A stretch of 64,000 nt of DNA from the NCBI GenBank assembly GCA_965249225.1, contig CBDFLT010000007.1:88894-152893 (forward strand), read 5' to 3'. The DNA comes from Dehalococcoidia bacterium. Lineage in GTDB: Bacteria > Chloroflexota > Dehalococcoidia > Lucifugimonadales > G963668185. Positions 28,569-37,174 of this stretch are shown piece after piece; position 1 is the first letter of the stretch, and each line of letters starts with the position of its first letter. Below the pieces are notes generated by a model that did no database searches, was not told the DNA's origin, and saw only the letters and a program-made list of their open reading frames with translations. A program made the translations under genes and the position numbers.

Positions 28569-29939
28569 TTATGTTCGCCCTATCTTCCACTCGGTGCCCT
28601 GGGGGGTATCTTCTAGAATTATTCCAAGCTGGCTAAGCCGGTCGCGAATCTGGTCGGCAAGCTCGTAGTGTTTTGCGGCGCGCAGTCTCAGCCGCGTATC
28701 GATTAAGAGCTCTATGAAGGGGGCGATGTCCATAGCAGATGTATCTGCGGGCTCCTGAAGCGTCAGGCCCAACACGCCGGCCATTTCTTTTAACGTCGCT
28801 TGGGCGGCGCTGACGTCCATTCCCTCCTTGCGGCCTCGGTTGACCTCCTTGGCGAGGTCGAATAGCACCGCCAAGGCCCTCGGCGTATTGAGGTCGTCGT
28901 CCATCGCCTCGACGAACTGGTCTCGTGTGGAGTGGACCGCCAGTGGGTTACCCTTGCCTGCGGAGCCCTCATCTTTCAGCGCGTTTTGCAGCCGTTCGAG
29001 GGCCCGCTCGTGTGCTAACACGGCCTCCTCGTTGTATGTCAGGGGGCTTCGATAGTGGGAGCTGAGGAATAACAGTCGAAGCGTATCCGGCGAGTAGTTT
29101 TCCAGGGCTTCCGCGGCCGTCACTAGATTACCCATGGACTTGCTCATTTTGGATTCGCCCAGGCTGAGCAGGCCGTGGTGTACCCAGAACCTGGCGAACG
29201 GCGTCTTGTTCGAGTAGGACTCGGACTGTGCGATCTCGTTTTCGTGGTGCGGAAAGACCAGGTCTAGGCCTCCGCCATGGATGTCTACGGTCTCTCCCAG
29301 ATAGCCCATCGACATGGCGCTGCACTCGATGTGCCAGCCCGGTCGGCCGGGGCCCCAAGGACTCTCCCAGACGGGTTCTCCGGGCTTCTGGCTCTTCCAG
29401 AGGGCAAAGTCCATGATGTCCTCTTTTTCCTCTCCCACCTGTACCCTGGCTCCGGCCTTCATGCCATCCAGGCTTCGATGGCTGAGCTTACCGTAGTCCT
29501 CGTCCCTCCTCACGCGAAAGTAGACGCTTCCGTTAACCGAGTAAGCGAATCCACGGTCTAATAGCCCCTGCACCATCTCCAGGATCTTTGGCATCTCCTG
29601 CGTTGCTCGAGGGTATGCGTGTGCGCGTTGCACGTTGAGGGCATCCATGTCTGTCAGATAGGTCGTGATGTTTCTCTCGGCCAGCTCCTCGATAGGCATT
29701 GATTGCTGGGTCGCGGCCTGGATCATCTTGTCGTCTATGTCGGTGATGTTCTGGACGTGCTCGACCTTAAACCCTTTGAACTCCAGATATCGCCGGATCA
29801 CGTCGAAAATCACGGAGCTCATGGCATGTCCCAGGTGGGAGGGAGCATAGGGCGTGATGCCGCAGACGTACATCTTGACCTTGCCGTCCGCGGCTGTGAA
29901 GTCCTCTTTTTGCCCGGTGAGGGTGTTGTAGAGCTTCAT
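28569..29939 (-). CDS. cysS: Cysteinyl-tRNA synthetase
   Basis: HLGH (HIGH motif), GRPGWHIECS, HHENE, KMSKS, C-terminal anticodon-binding domain. Confidence 0.95.
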   Translation of the reverse strand: MKLYNTLTGQKEDFTAADGKVKMYVCGITPYAPSHLGHAMSSVIFDVIRRYLEFKGFKVEHVQNITDIDDKMIQAATQQSMPIEELAERNITTYLTDMDALNVQRAHAYPRATQEMPKILEMVQGLLDRGFAYSVNGSVYFRVRRDEDYGKLSHRSLDGMKAGARVQVGEEKEDIMDFALWKSQKPGEPVWESPWGPGRPGWHIECSAMSMGYLGETVDIHGGGLDLVFPHHENEIAQSESYSNKTPFARFWVHHGLLSLGESKMSKSMGNLVTAAEALENYSPDTLRLLFLSSHYRSPLTYNEEAVLAHERALERLQNALKDEGSAGKGNPLAVHSTRDQFVEAMDDDLNTPRALAVLFDLAKEVNRGRKEGMDVSAAQATLKEMAGVLGLTLQEPADTSAMDIAPFIELLIDTRLRLRAAKHYELADQIRDRLSQLGIILEDTPQGTEWKIGRT

Positions 29940-30418
29940 TCGGTAGGACCGACGGTTGCGGTAGCCAAGCTGCCTACTCCTTCGCCTCTGCCCACGAACC
30001 CCAGGCCGTCGGTGGTCTTGGCTTTGACGTTGACGGAGTCGGGATCTAGGCCGAGGCAGCCGGACAGGCGTTCTTTGATCTGGCCCAGGAAGGGTTGAAG
30101 GACCGGACGTTCGGCCAATATTGTAGCATCAACGTTGAAGGGGCGCCATCCACGGCCTTCGATCAGACCTACGGTTTGGCGGAGGAGCTCGGTGCTGTCG
30201 ATATCCTTGTAGCGCGGGTCGGATGAGGGGAAGTGGGTACCGATATCGCCCATTCCCGCGGCGCCCAACAGCGCGTCGATGACCGCGTGGATCAGCACAT
30301 CACCGTCGCTGTGTCCTGCGAGGCCCTTGGTGAACGGTATGGACACGCCACCAAGCACCAGCGGCCTCCCCTCGGCGAGAGGGTGCACGTCGAACCCGAT
30401 TCCAGATCGATGGGCCAT
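29936..30418 (-). CDS. ispF: 2-C-methyl-D-erythritol 2,4-cyclodiphosphate synthase
   Basis: GIGFDVH, GHSDGDVLIHA, GDIGTHFP, NVKAKT...G..GRGEG. Confidence 0.97.
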   Translation of the reverse strand: MAHRSGIGFDVHPLAEGRPLVLGGVSIPFTKGLAGHSDGDVLIHAVIDALLGAAGMGDIGTHFPSSDPRYKDIDSTELLRQTVGLIEGRGWRPFNVDATILAERPVLQPFLGQIKERLSGCLGLDPDSVNVKAKTTDGLGFVGRGEGVGSLATATVGPTE

Positions 30419-30422
30419 CGTA

Positions 30423-31157
30423 CTACGTGGCTGCGGTCCGAGCGCTTTGCTCTATGCTTTGAAGGACCACCTCGGCCATGCGAATGTCCTCTGTCGTGGT
30501 CACCTTGAGGTTGCTGTAGGACCCCATGAACAACCTGACGGTGCCGCCTATTTCTTCGACCATGCTGGCGTCGTCGGTAGCTTCACTCCGCGACTTTTCG
30601 TGGGCCTCGGCCAGCAGGCGCGTGCGGAAAACCTGTGGAGTCTGGACGGTCCACAACCTGTCGCGGGCAAGGGTTTCGATTACCTCAAGCTCTTCGTTTG
30701 CGAGTTTGGTAGTGTCTTTAGCCGGCACCGCCGCGGCGGTGGCTCCGCTCTTCTGGGCTTCAGCGAGACCTCTGGGTATCATGTCAGCGGTCAGGCAGGG
30801 TCGGGCGCCGTCATGGACGACGATCCACTCGGTGTCCCGTAGTCTGTCGAGCCCGTTCATTACCGAGTCCTGCCGGCGGTCTCCTCCGGCGCACACCTCT
30901 CTTACCTTGTGCCAACCGTTTTCCTCCACGAGTTTCCGGCCCTTGCCCAAGTTGACGTGTGACAGGACGACAACGATGGCGTCAACCTGGGGACAATCGT
31001 GTAACACCTTGAGACTGTACCAGAGAAGAGGCCGGTCAATCAGGGGTGCGAAAATCTTGTCTAATCCCCCCATGCGCTTGCTATGGCCGGCCGCGACAAT
31101 AATAGCCCCCACCATCTGGCGGGGGTCAGGCTGCCCGGCCACCTCGGAACCTTTCAA
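30423..31157 (-). CDS. ispD: 2-C-methyl-D-erythritol 4-phosphate cytidylyltransferase
   Basis: AAGHSKRMG..DK, GGDRRQDSV, HDGARP, QTPQ.F, TDD, NLKVTT. Confidence 0.96.
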   Translation of the reverse strand: MKGSEVAGQPDPRQMVGAIIVAAGHSKRMGGLDKIFAPLIDRPLLWYSLKVLHDCPQVDAIVVVLSHVNLGKGRKLVEENGWHKVREVCAGGDRRQDSVMNGLDRLRDTEWIVVHDGARPCLTADMIPRGLAEAQKSGATAAAVPAKDTTKLANEELEVIETLARDRLWTVQTPQVFRTRLLAEAHEKSRSEATDDASMVEEIGGTVRLFMGSYSNLKVTTTEDIRMAEVVLQSIEQSARTAAT

Positions 31158-31439
31158 CTTCTATCTCCCAAGAGCGAGTAAGCGGCTCGGAAGCAAGAGA
31201 GGGAGCCGCCATACGCTGTCGAGTGTGTATCTTGCTATGATATATGGGGTTGCCTTCAGTTGACCCTGAATTTGTTTTGTGCCTTGATTCGCCGTGTACG
31301 ATGGGATTCAAAGCCAAAATAGCATTCCCGCCGGTAGCTGTCAAAAGGATGTGAACGAACGCCGACTGGCTCATCCTATAAGATGGGTATTTCAACGTCG
31401 ATTCTAAGCTTACCATTGCGATAGAGGGGTATTCATTGC

Positions 31440-32087
31440 ATGGGAAAGAACTACTGGATGGTTGTTCAAACACACGAGAACTTCAACATTACTAAGGAGA
31501 ATGGATTTGGCCTGCTCGGTCTCAGAGCGCGGCACCGGCGCCGCGCACAGCGCATGCAGCCCGACGACAGGGTGTTGTTTTACATCACGGGGCTGCGTAT
31601 CTGGAGCGCGATTACTACTATAACCTCCTCGTACTTCGAGAGCCGGGACCGCATTTGGAATCCGGTGCCTCCTAGGGAACAGTTCCCATACCGCGTGAAA
31701 ATGAAGCCGGCTCTCGTCCTGGATGAAGACGACTACATTGACGCACTGGAGCTGGGACCGCGCCTCGAGTACGTTAAACGCTGGCTGCCGGAAGACTGGC
31801 CGCTGGCCTTTTTCGACACTCTACACCTGATCCCTCAAAGGGACTTCCGCTTGATCGAGGCGGAGATGAAGCGCATCCTGTCCCGACACCGCAAGGCGAA
31901 GGACGGCGACCGTCCCATGGGTGAACGTGGAGGTAGTGTGGATGGGGTCTCGGAGTCGAAGATGGCCCAAGAAGACATCGAAGCTCAGCCCGTCTCGAAC
32001 CAGAGCGACGCCGAGGTTCAGCAGGCCGAAGACCAGGATGACATCCCGGCTCAGCCGGCCGGCGATGGTTCCGCGGACTCCACGTAG
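31440..32087 (+). CDS. EVE-domain (PUA-like) protein with an acidic disordered tail
   Basis: NYWMVV...N...R..RMQPDDRVLFY...FPYRV. Confidence 0.75.
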   Translation: MGKNYWMVVQTHENFNITKENGFGLLGLRARHRRRAQRMQPDDRVLFYITGLRIWSAITTITSSYFESRDRIWNPVPPREQFPYRVKMKPALVLDEDDYIDALELGPRLEYVKRWLPEDWPLAFFDTLHLIPQRDFRLIEAEMKRILSRHRKAKDGDRPMGERGGSVDGVSESKMAQEDIEAQPVSNQSDAEVQQAEDQDDIPAQPAGDGSADST

Positions 32088-33049
32088 AAGCTCGCGTCGT
32101 ACAGATCCTGCAGGCGGTCCAGGAACTCGTGAGGGAGGTCTTCGGTCTCCGAGGTGGCGGCGAACTCCTCGAGCTGGGGCATGTTGGTGATATTGGGGAG
32201 GACGGAGGCGACCTTGGGCGCCGCCAGGGCGTACTTGATAGCGATCTGCCCAATAGTCGAGTCCATGCCGTCGGTTAGGAAGTCCAACGTGGCCAACTTT
32301 TTGAGCCCCTGCTCGAGCCACTCCCTGCGGCGGTGGCTGCGGTGGTCGCTGGGGTCGAATACGGTGTCTTTGGTGTAGGTGCCGTCCAGAAGGCCAGAGG
32401 CGTGGGGGACCCTCGTTATCAGTCCGGTTTCCTCCTCCTCCGCGATAGGGAAGAAGCTCCGGGCGGGCTCCTGCTCCAGAACGCTATAGATGATCTGGAG
32501 GACGGGCGCATGTCGTTCCCTCATCGACGCCTCGCCCTCCTCGAACCAGCCTATGTCGGGCCCGATGGCCCCGCCCCAGTAGCGGATTTTGCCCTCTTGT
32601 ACCAGCTCTTCCAGCGTTTTGAAAAGCTCGTCGCTCTCTAGGGCGTCCATCTTTGGGTTGTGTATCTGGTACAGGTCGATGTAGTCCGTCTTGAGCCGCT
32701 TGAGGCTCCGCTCGCAGGCGAATCTGACGAAGTCGCGGCTGAAGTTCTGAGGCCTCTCCTTGTGACCATCTCTGACTACGTTGTTATAGAAGTCGTAGCC
32801 GAACTTGGTCCCGATCACGATGTCGTGGCGCTGACGCCCCATGGCCTTGGCCAGGATCTCCTCGCCGTAGCCGTCGCCATACGCGTCCGCCGTGTCGAAG
32901 AAGTTGACCCCAAGGCCGAAAGCCTTCACCAGTAGATTGATTCCGGTGTCCTCGTCTATCTTGCCCCACCAGTCGGTGCCGATGGTCCAGACTCCGAACC
33001 CTACCTCTGAGACCTCGAGCCCTGTGTTGCCAAGCGTTTTGTATTTCAC
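32051..33049 (-). CDS. Aldo/keto reductase
   Basis: LGNTGLEVSEVGFG, FDTADAYG, TKFG, SLKRLKTDYIDLYQIH. Confidence 0.93.
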   Translation of the reverse strand: MKYKTLGNTGLEVSEVGFGVWTIGTDWWGKIDEDTGINLLVKAFGLGVNFFDTADAYGDGYGEEILAKAMGRQRHDIVIGTKFGYDFYNNVVRDGHKERPQNFSRDFVRFACERSLKRLKTDYIDLYQIHNPKMDALESDELFKTLEELVQEGKIRYWGGAIGPDIGWFEEGEASMRERHAPVLQIIYSVLEQEPARSFFPIAEEEETGLITRVPHASGLLDGTYTKDTVFDPSDHRSHRRREWLEQGLKKLATLDFLTDGMDSTIGQIAIKYALAAPKVASVLPNITNMPQLEEFAATSETEDLPHEFLDRLQDLYDASFYVESAEPSPAG

Positions 33050-33089
33050 GGTCGCTCTTTACTCCGGTGGTGGGCCCTTCTAGCTTATG

Positions 33090-33689
33090 TTACTGGGCGG
33101 CCGCTCTGCCCGTGCCCAGTCTCTGTCGTACTTCGTCGGCCCGTTTCTCGTACTCCTCATCGGATAGAACCGGCGACATGCGGCCCAGGGGCACCTCCTG
33201 TCGCAGATCCACCCAGGACTTGCACCCGGCGAACTCCTCGAGGATGGGCAACGCCTGCGGTTGCTCCAGCTCGTGCACCCTCAGGAGGGCGATGGTAAGC
33301 GGGTACTTGGGCCGCCAGTGGAGCCTCTTCTGGGCGTAGTCGTTGGTCCAGATATGGGAATCGGAGATGCGGTCGACGTCTTCCTGGTCCGTTGTCTCGA
33401 AGACGTCGGTGACCTCACACCAGTAGCTCAGCGTTACCAGGCCGGGGATGTCGTCCTCCTCCAGCGTAATTTCGAGGTCCTCGTGGAATTCAGGCTTGAG
33501 CAATTCTCGCTGCTGGTGCTCGTATGTGGGGTACAGCAGGAACTCGGGATGGACAACCCGGAACTCCTTGTCATCCCGGTGAATTCCGCCCTTGCGAATG
33601 ATCAGGACCTGTTTGCCATGGGCGAGCGCGTGTACGGCCACGGCCCACTCTTTGAGCCCAAGGGATGTGATGGCGGGATGTAGCGTCAA
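33090..33689 (-). CDS. DUF1802-family protein
   Basis: LKEWAVAV.AL..G.Q..IIRKGGI, FLLYPTYEHQ, GCKSWV. Confidence 0.85.
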   Translation of the reverse strand: MTLHPAITSLGLKEWAVAVHALAHGKQVLIIRKGGIHRDDKEFRVVHPEFLLYPTYEHQQRELLKPEFHEDLEITLEEDDIPGLVTLSYWCEVTDVFETTDQEDVDRISDSHIWTNDYAQKRLHWRPKYPLTIALLRVHELEQPQALPILEEFAGCKSWVDLRQEVPLGRMSPVLSDEEYEKRADEVRQRLGTGRAAAQ

Positions 33690-33828
33690 TATTCGTCTCT
33701 CCGGTTGCCGCCAGGGCGTTCGTTGGCTTCATTATATCTTCTCTGGGCGTGACCGGTCGACGATTTTTAGCGGTGTGATGAGCCATCTGGCGCGGCGGAT
33801 GCTGGCCACGGCCGTGGTTAAGCCGTCC

Positions 33829-33856
33829 TTGACAACGCTGGCCGGTGCGCTAGAAT
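33829..33856 (+). promoter_or_regulatory. Sigma70-type promoter of the Yip1 gene
   Basis: TTGACA-16-TAGAAT. Confidence 0.6.
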
Positions 33857-33863
33857 CGGCGCA

Positions 33864-34409
33864 ATGCCCACGCCATCGGGGGAAAATGGAATGCTTTCAG
33901 TAGTCGTGCGGGCCGCGCTTCTCGACCGCCGCGTGTACTCCAAGTTCACGCAGGACCCCATGGCCATCGTGTACGCCTTCGGCACGGTCGTCGCGACCGC
34001 TGCCGCGTTCGGAGTCGGGATGTGGATACTGGCGGTGAGGGAGTTGGAGGAGTCCCCGAGCACCATTGTGCCGGTCGCCATCGTCACCATCCTCGTGGGT
34101 TGGATCGTGTGGAGTCTGGTGAACTACCTGGTGGGCGCTCGATTGCTGGGCGGCGAGGCGAGCTATCGCCAGATTCTTCGGGCGCTGGGGGTTTGCTACG
34201 GACCGGGCGTTCTGATGGTATTGACGGGTGTCCCCGTGGTCGGGCTCTACATAACCTCGGTTGCGACGTTATGGATATTCGCGGCCGGAGTGGTGGCGAT
34301 ACGGGAGACGCAGGGGATCAGTTGGGTGCAGGCGCTCATCTCGGTGATGGCGGGATGGATTCCCTCCGTGTGGATCGTTTCGACGGTGCTCTTTGGCCCC
34401 GAATCATAG
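33864..34409 (+). CDS. Yip1-like membrane protein
   Basis: Five hydrophobic segments; RAALLD..VY, G..LLGG.ASY..ILRALG..Y.P pattern. Confidence 0.7.
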   Translation: MPTPSGENGMLSVVVRAALLDRRVYSKFTQDPMAIVYAFGTVVATAAAFGVGMWILAVRELEESPSTIVPVAIVTILVGWIVWSLVNYLVGARLLGGEASYRQILRALGVCYGPGVLMVLTGVPVVGLYITSVATLWIFAAGVVAIRETQGISWVQALISVMAGWIPSVWIVSTVLFGPES

Positions 34410-34451
34410 GGGCTGACGCGAAACGCCTGATACCGCAGCGGGCGGTCCGGA

Positions 34452-34568
34452 CGCCGTCCATGGGCTCGCAGCAGCTCCGTACTACTGAATCGTAGTACAC
34501 CCTGACGAATAAAGTTGGTACGTTTGTAACTTATGGCCTTTGAGCCGTGTCAGTTACCCTTGTAGTTA
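34452..34568 (+). repeat. Duplicated upstream element, copy 1 (before the zinc-ribbon RDD gene)
   Basis: Near-identical to 36994-37110; contains the palindrome GTACTAC-N6-GTAGTAC (34479-34498). Confidence 0.9.
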
Positions 34569-35085
34569 GAGCCCAAAGGGCCGAACGGCTACCCGCCTCG
34601 TAGCTAGCGATGTCATAGCGAGTCGGTGGTATATTCGGCATCCATGACGTCTGTTTTCCGACCTGGCATCTCCTTGATGTTGGAGCGCCACAAGAAGGGG
34701 ATAGGCAGGTAGGATGTCCGAAAAGGAGGATACGATGACCTGCAACAACTGCGGACGAGAGAATCCCGCTGAGGCGCGCTTCTGCGGCGGATGCGGCGCG
34801 ACGCTGGAAGCGGCTGCTACACTGACCTCTTCAGTGACCCAACTTCCTGTTGAGGTTCGCTATGCCGGCTTCTGGATGCGGCTCGCGGCTGCGCTTATCG
34901 ACTTCGTGGTCGTCTTCTTCGGGCTTCTCTTTTTTGGCATAGGCAGCTTCTTATTGCTATCTTTCGTTGACCTGTGGGTTGTGGGCGGCCCCCTTTTCTT
35001 TCTGATTCCCTTGTTGTATTACGTGCTTCTGACCGGCCTCAGAGGCCAGACATTGGGCAAGATGGCATTGGGGATCAAGGTAATT

Positions 35086-36766
35086 GAGCCTGTCCCAGAA
35101 GTGGAAATTGCGGATAGGGGGAGCAGATAGAAGTCAGAGGGTTCGCTGAAAGGCCTTGGCTTGAGCGGGTAGGACAGGCGACGGAGCGATGGGTCAGCTG
35201 CTGTCATCACTGCAGGTCAGGAGACGGGACAAGGCTCCGGGCCATTAAATAGACCGATGAAGGGGCTGGAGCGCCACACCCGCCAGAGAGTGCGCAAGTT
35301 GAAGGCTGTGGCAAGCATAGTCCACTCGGCCGCCACGTTAACGAGGCCGCGCAGTAGGAACCTCCGTGCCCCCTGTTGTTCCTTGATGATTCCGAAGACT
35401 GGCTCGACCAGTTGCTTTCTCAGCTTGTACGCCTCTCTAGCTGCTGAGGTGGACATCCAGGCACGATGACGGCGTAGCACAGCGTCATGCGGACCTATCG
35501 CCAGGCTTCGCCCAATCTCTTTGGCCCTCGTACAGACTCCGAAGGCTGGGCACACCTGGCAGACGGCCTCAGAGGCCCGGTACAGACGCAACGGGACTCC
35601 ATTCGTATGTTGGATACGAATGAACTTGAGCGTCTGTCCCTGCGGACACGTAAAGCTGTCGCTCGGCTCGTTGTAGGTGAATTGGTCCTTGTGATATGGG
35701 TCTTTGAGGAACCGTTGCCGCGACTCCGACACTACCACCTGCTGATCTCGACGGGCGCATTCTTCCAAGTGACTCGCGGCGAAGTATCCGGCATCGGCCA
35801 ACGTCATCTGCGACTTCGTCCCCGTAGTCTCCTCGGCCTGCTCCAGCATCGGAACCAGCAGGGCATTGTCATTGGCCGCATCCACCACGTCCACGGCGGT
35901 GACCAACATGCCGGTCGCTCCCCCATCCGTCTCTGTGGGTGAGACCATAGCCTGGGCATTGTAGCCAGCCACGATGCCTTGCCTGCCCTTCATCAGCCTG
36001 GCGTCTGGGTCGGTCAGGTTGATGCGCTTGTGGCGCTTCTGACTCGTGAGATCGTCCATCGCCTGCCTCACCTGCTCTCTCAAGACCTCCTTGTCAGCCA
36101 ACTCCCGAGGCAGATGGATGGCAGAGGCATCCTCTCCCGCTTCGTTCTGTGCCTCAAGGTCCGTTATCGCACTCTCCAGCCGCTCCAAGAGCCCTCGCAG
36201 TCCCTCGGCGTCGTAGCTCCTGTTCAGCGAGGCGTTGGCGACCACCTTCGTACCATCCACCGCCTGAACCGCCAGGTCCACCAACTTCATCGTCACCGCC
36301 GTACGAACCGTACGCTCGAACAGCTTCCTCATGGCCTGCCGATGCCCTCTGTAGAACCTCCACAGGGTGTTGTGGTCCGGATGCTGCCACCCGGTCAGCC
36401 ACAGGTACGGTATCTGGTCCCGGCAGGCCGCCTCCAGCTTCCGGCACGAGCGTACCCCGGTCATGAAACCGTACAGCCACACGCTCAACAGCGCACGTGG
36501 ATGGTAGGCTGGCGCTCCCAGCACCTCCCCGTCTATCTTCACCTCAAGCTTCCCCCAGTCCTCCCGGTCCAAAGCGTCAACGAACTCGGCCACGAACCGC
36601 GCCGGATGGTCCAGCGGCAACAACTCGTCAAGCGTCGGCGGCAACATCCACATCTGCTCTCGGCCCATCTCTCGAAGCGGCATATCACCATCTCCCCAAC
36701 TGGTGTCGCTTCGAAGGTACACCCAACGACATACCCATTACCAGCTCAGACTTCTGAGACAGGCTC
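35086..36766 (-). mobile_element. IS1182-family insertion sequence (1681 bp)
   Basis: 17-bp terminal inverted repeats GAGCCTGTC(C/T)CAGAAGT (16/17 match); 4-bp target duplication AATT at 35082-35085 and 36767-36770. Confidence 0.93.
35217..36683 (-). CDS. IS1182-family DDE transposase
   Basis: GAPAYHP..LL...LYG...G.RS.RKLE, PDHNT, AVDGTK, TDPDARLM, YNAQ, ADAGY, R...VEPVFG.IK. Confidence 0.95.
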   Translation of the reverse strand: MPLREMGREQMWMLPPTLDELLPLDHPARFVAEFVDALDREDWGKLEVKIDGEVLGAPAYHPRALLSVWLYGFMTGVRSCRKLEAACRDQIPYLWLTGWQHPDHNTLWRFYRGHRQAMRKLFERTVRTAVTMKLVDLAVQAVDGTKVVANASLNRSYDAEGLRGLLERLESAITDLEAQNEAGEDASAIHLPRELADKEVLREQVRQAMDDLTSQKRHKRINLTDPDARLMKGRQGIVAGYNAQAMVSPTETDGGATGMLVTAVDVVDAANDNALLVPMLEQAEETTGTKSQMTLADAGYFAASHLEECARRDQQVVVSESRQRFLKDPYHKDQFTYNEPSDSFTCPQGQTLKFIRIQHTNGVPLRLYRASEAVCQVCPAFGVCTRAKEIGRSLAIGPHDAVLRRHRAWMSTSAAREAYKLRKQLVEPVFGIIKEQQGARRFLLRGLVNVAAEWTMLATAFNLRTLWRVWRSSPFIGLFNGPEPCPVS

Positions 36767-36993
36767 AATTGGGAGCGATGGCAACGCACCGGGATTAGGT
36801 TTTGCCGCCCTGCGGGAGATCATCGGCAAGTTCGTCTCAGGGATCGTGCTCTTGCTCGGCTACCTGTGGGTAGCGTGGGACCCAAGGAAGAGAGGCTGGC
36901 ACGACTATATCGCGGGTACCCATGTCGTCATCGTGCGGAATTGAGTCGTCGTAATAAGTGAAAAATAGCCGTTGACATGTTCACCCAACGGAG

Positions 36994-37110
36994 CGCCGTC
37001 CATGGACGCGCTGCAGCTCCGTACTACTGAATCGTAGTACACCCTAACGAATAAAGTTGGTACATTTGTAACTTATGGCCTTTGAGCCGTGTCAGTTATC
37101 CTTGTAATTA
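36994..37110 (+). repeat. Duplicated upstream element, copy 2 (before the zinc-ribbon DUF2339 gene)
   Basis: Near-identical to 34452-34568; palindrome at 37021-37040. Confidence 0.9.
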
Positions 37111-37174
37111 AAGGTCGAAGGGCTACCATCCTGGTAATGAGGAGAATGCCGAAATGGTACTGAGGAGGCGGACG

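Larger units (their letters stand above)
34735..36944 (+). pseudogene. Zinc-ribbon RDD-family membrane protein interrupted by an IS1182-family element
   Basis: 5' part CNNCG.EN...RFCGGCG...YAGFWMRLAA.LID...GQTLGKMALGIKVI; 3' part GSDG...REII...WDPRKRGWHD.IAGT.V; removing the IS plus one AATT restores the frame. Confidence 0.92.

Noticed and set aside
28569-29939. Possible MshC (mycothiol ligase) because of CGITPY...HLGHA
   Set aside because: Has the full C-terminal anticodon-binding domain and sits in the classic ispD-ispF-cysS context, so it is CysRS
35979-36944. 321-aa + strand ORF
   Set aside because: Mostly the antisense shadow of the transposase; only the last 58 codons are real (3' half of the RDD gene)
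34452-37110. Direct repeats as ends of a composite transposon or as a CRISPR array
   Set aside because: The IS has its own inverted repeats and target duplication well inside; only two long repeats, no spacers and no cas genes
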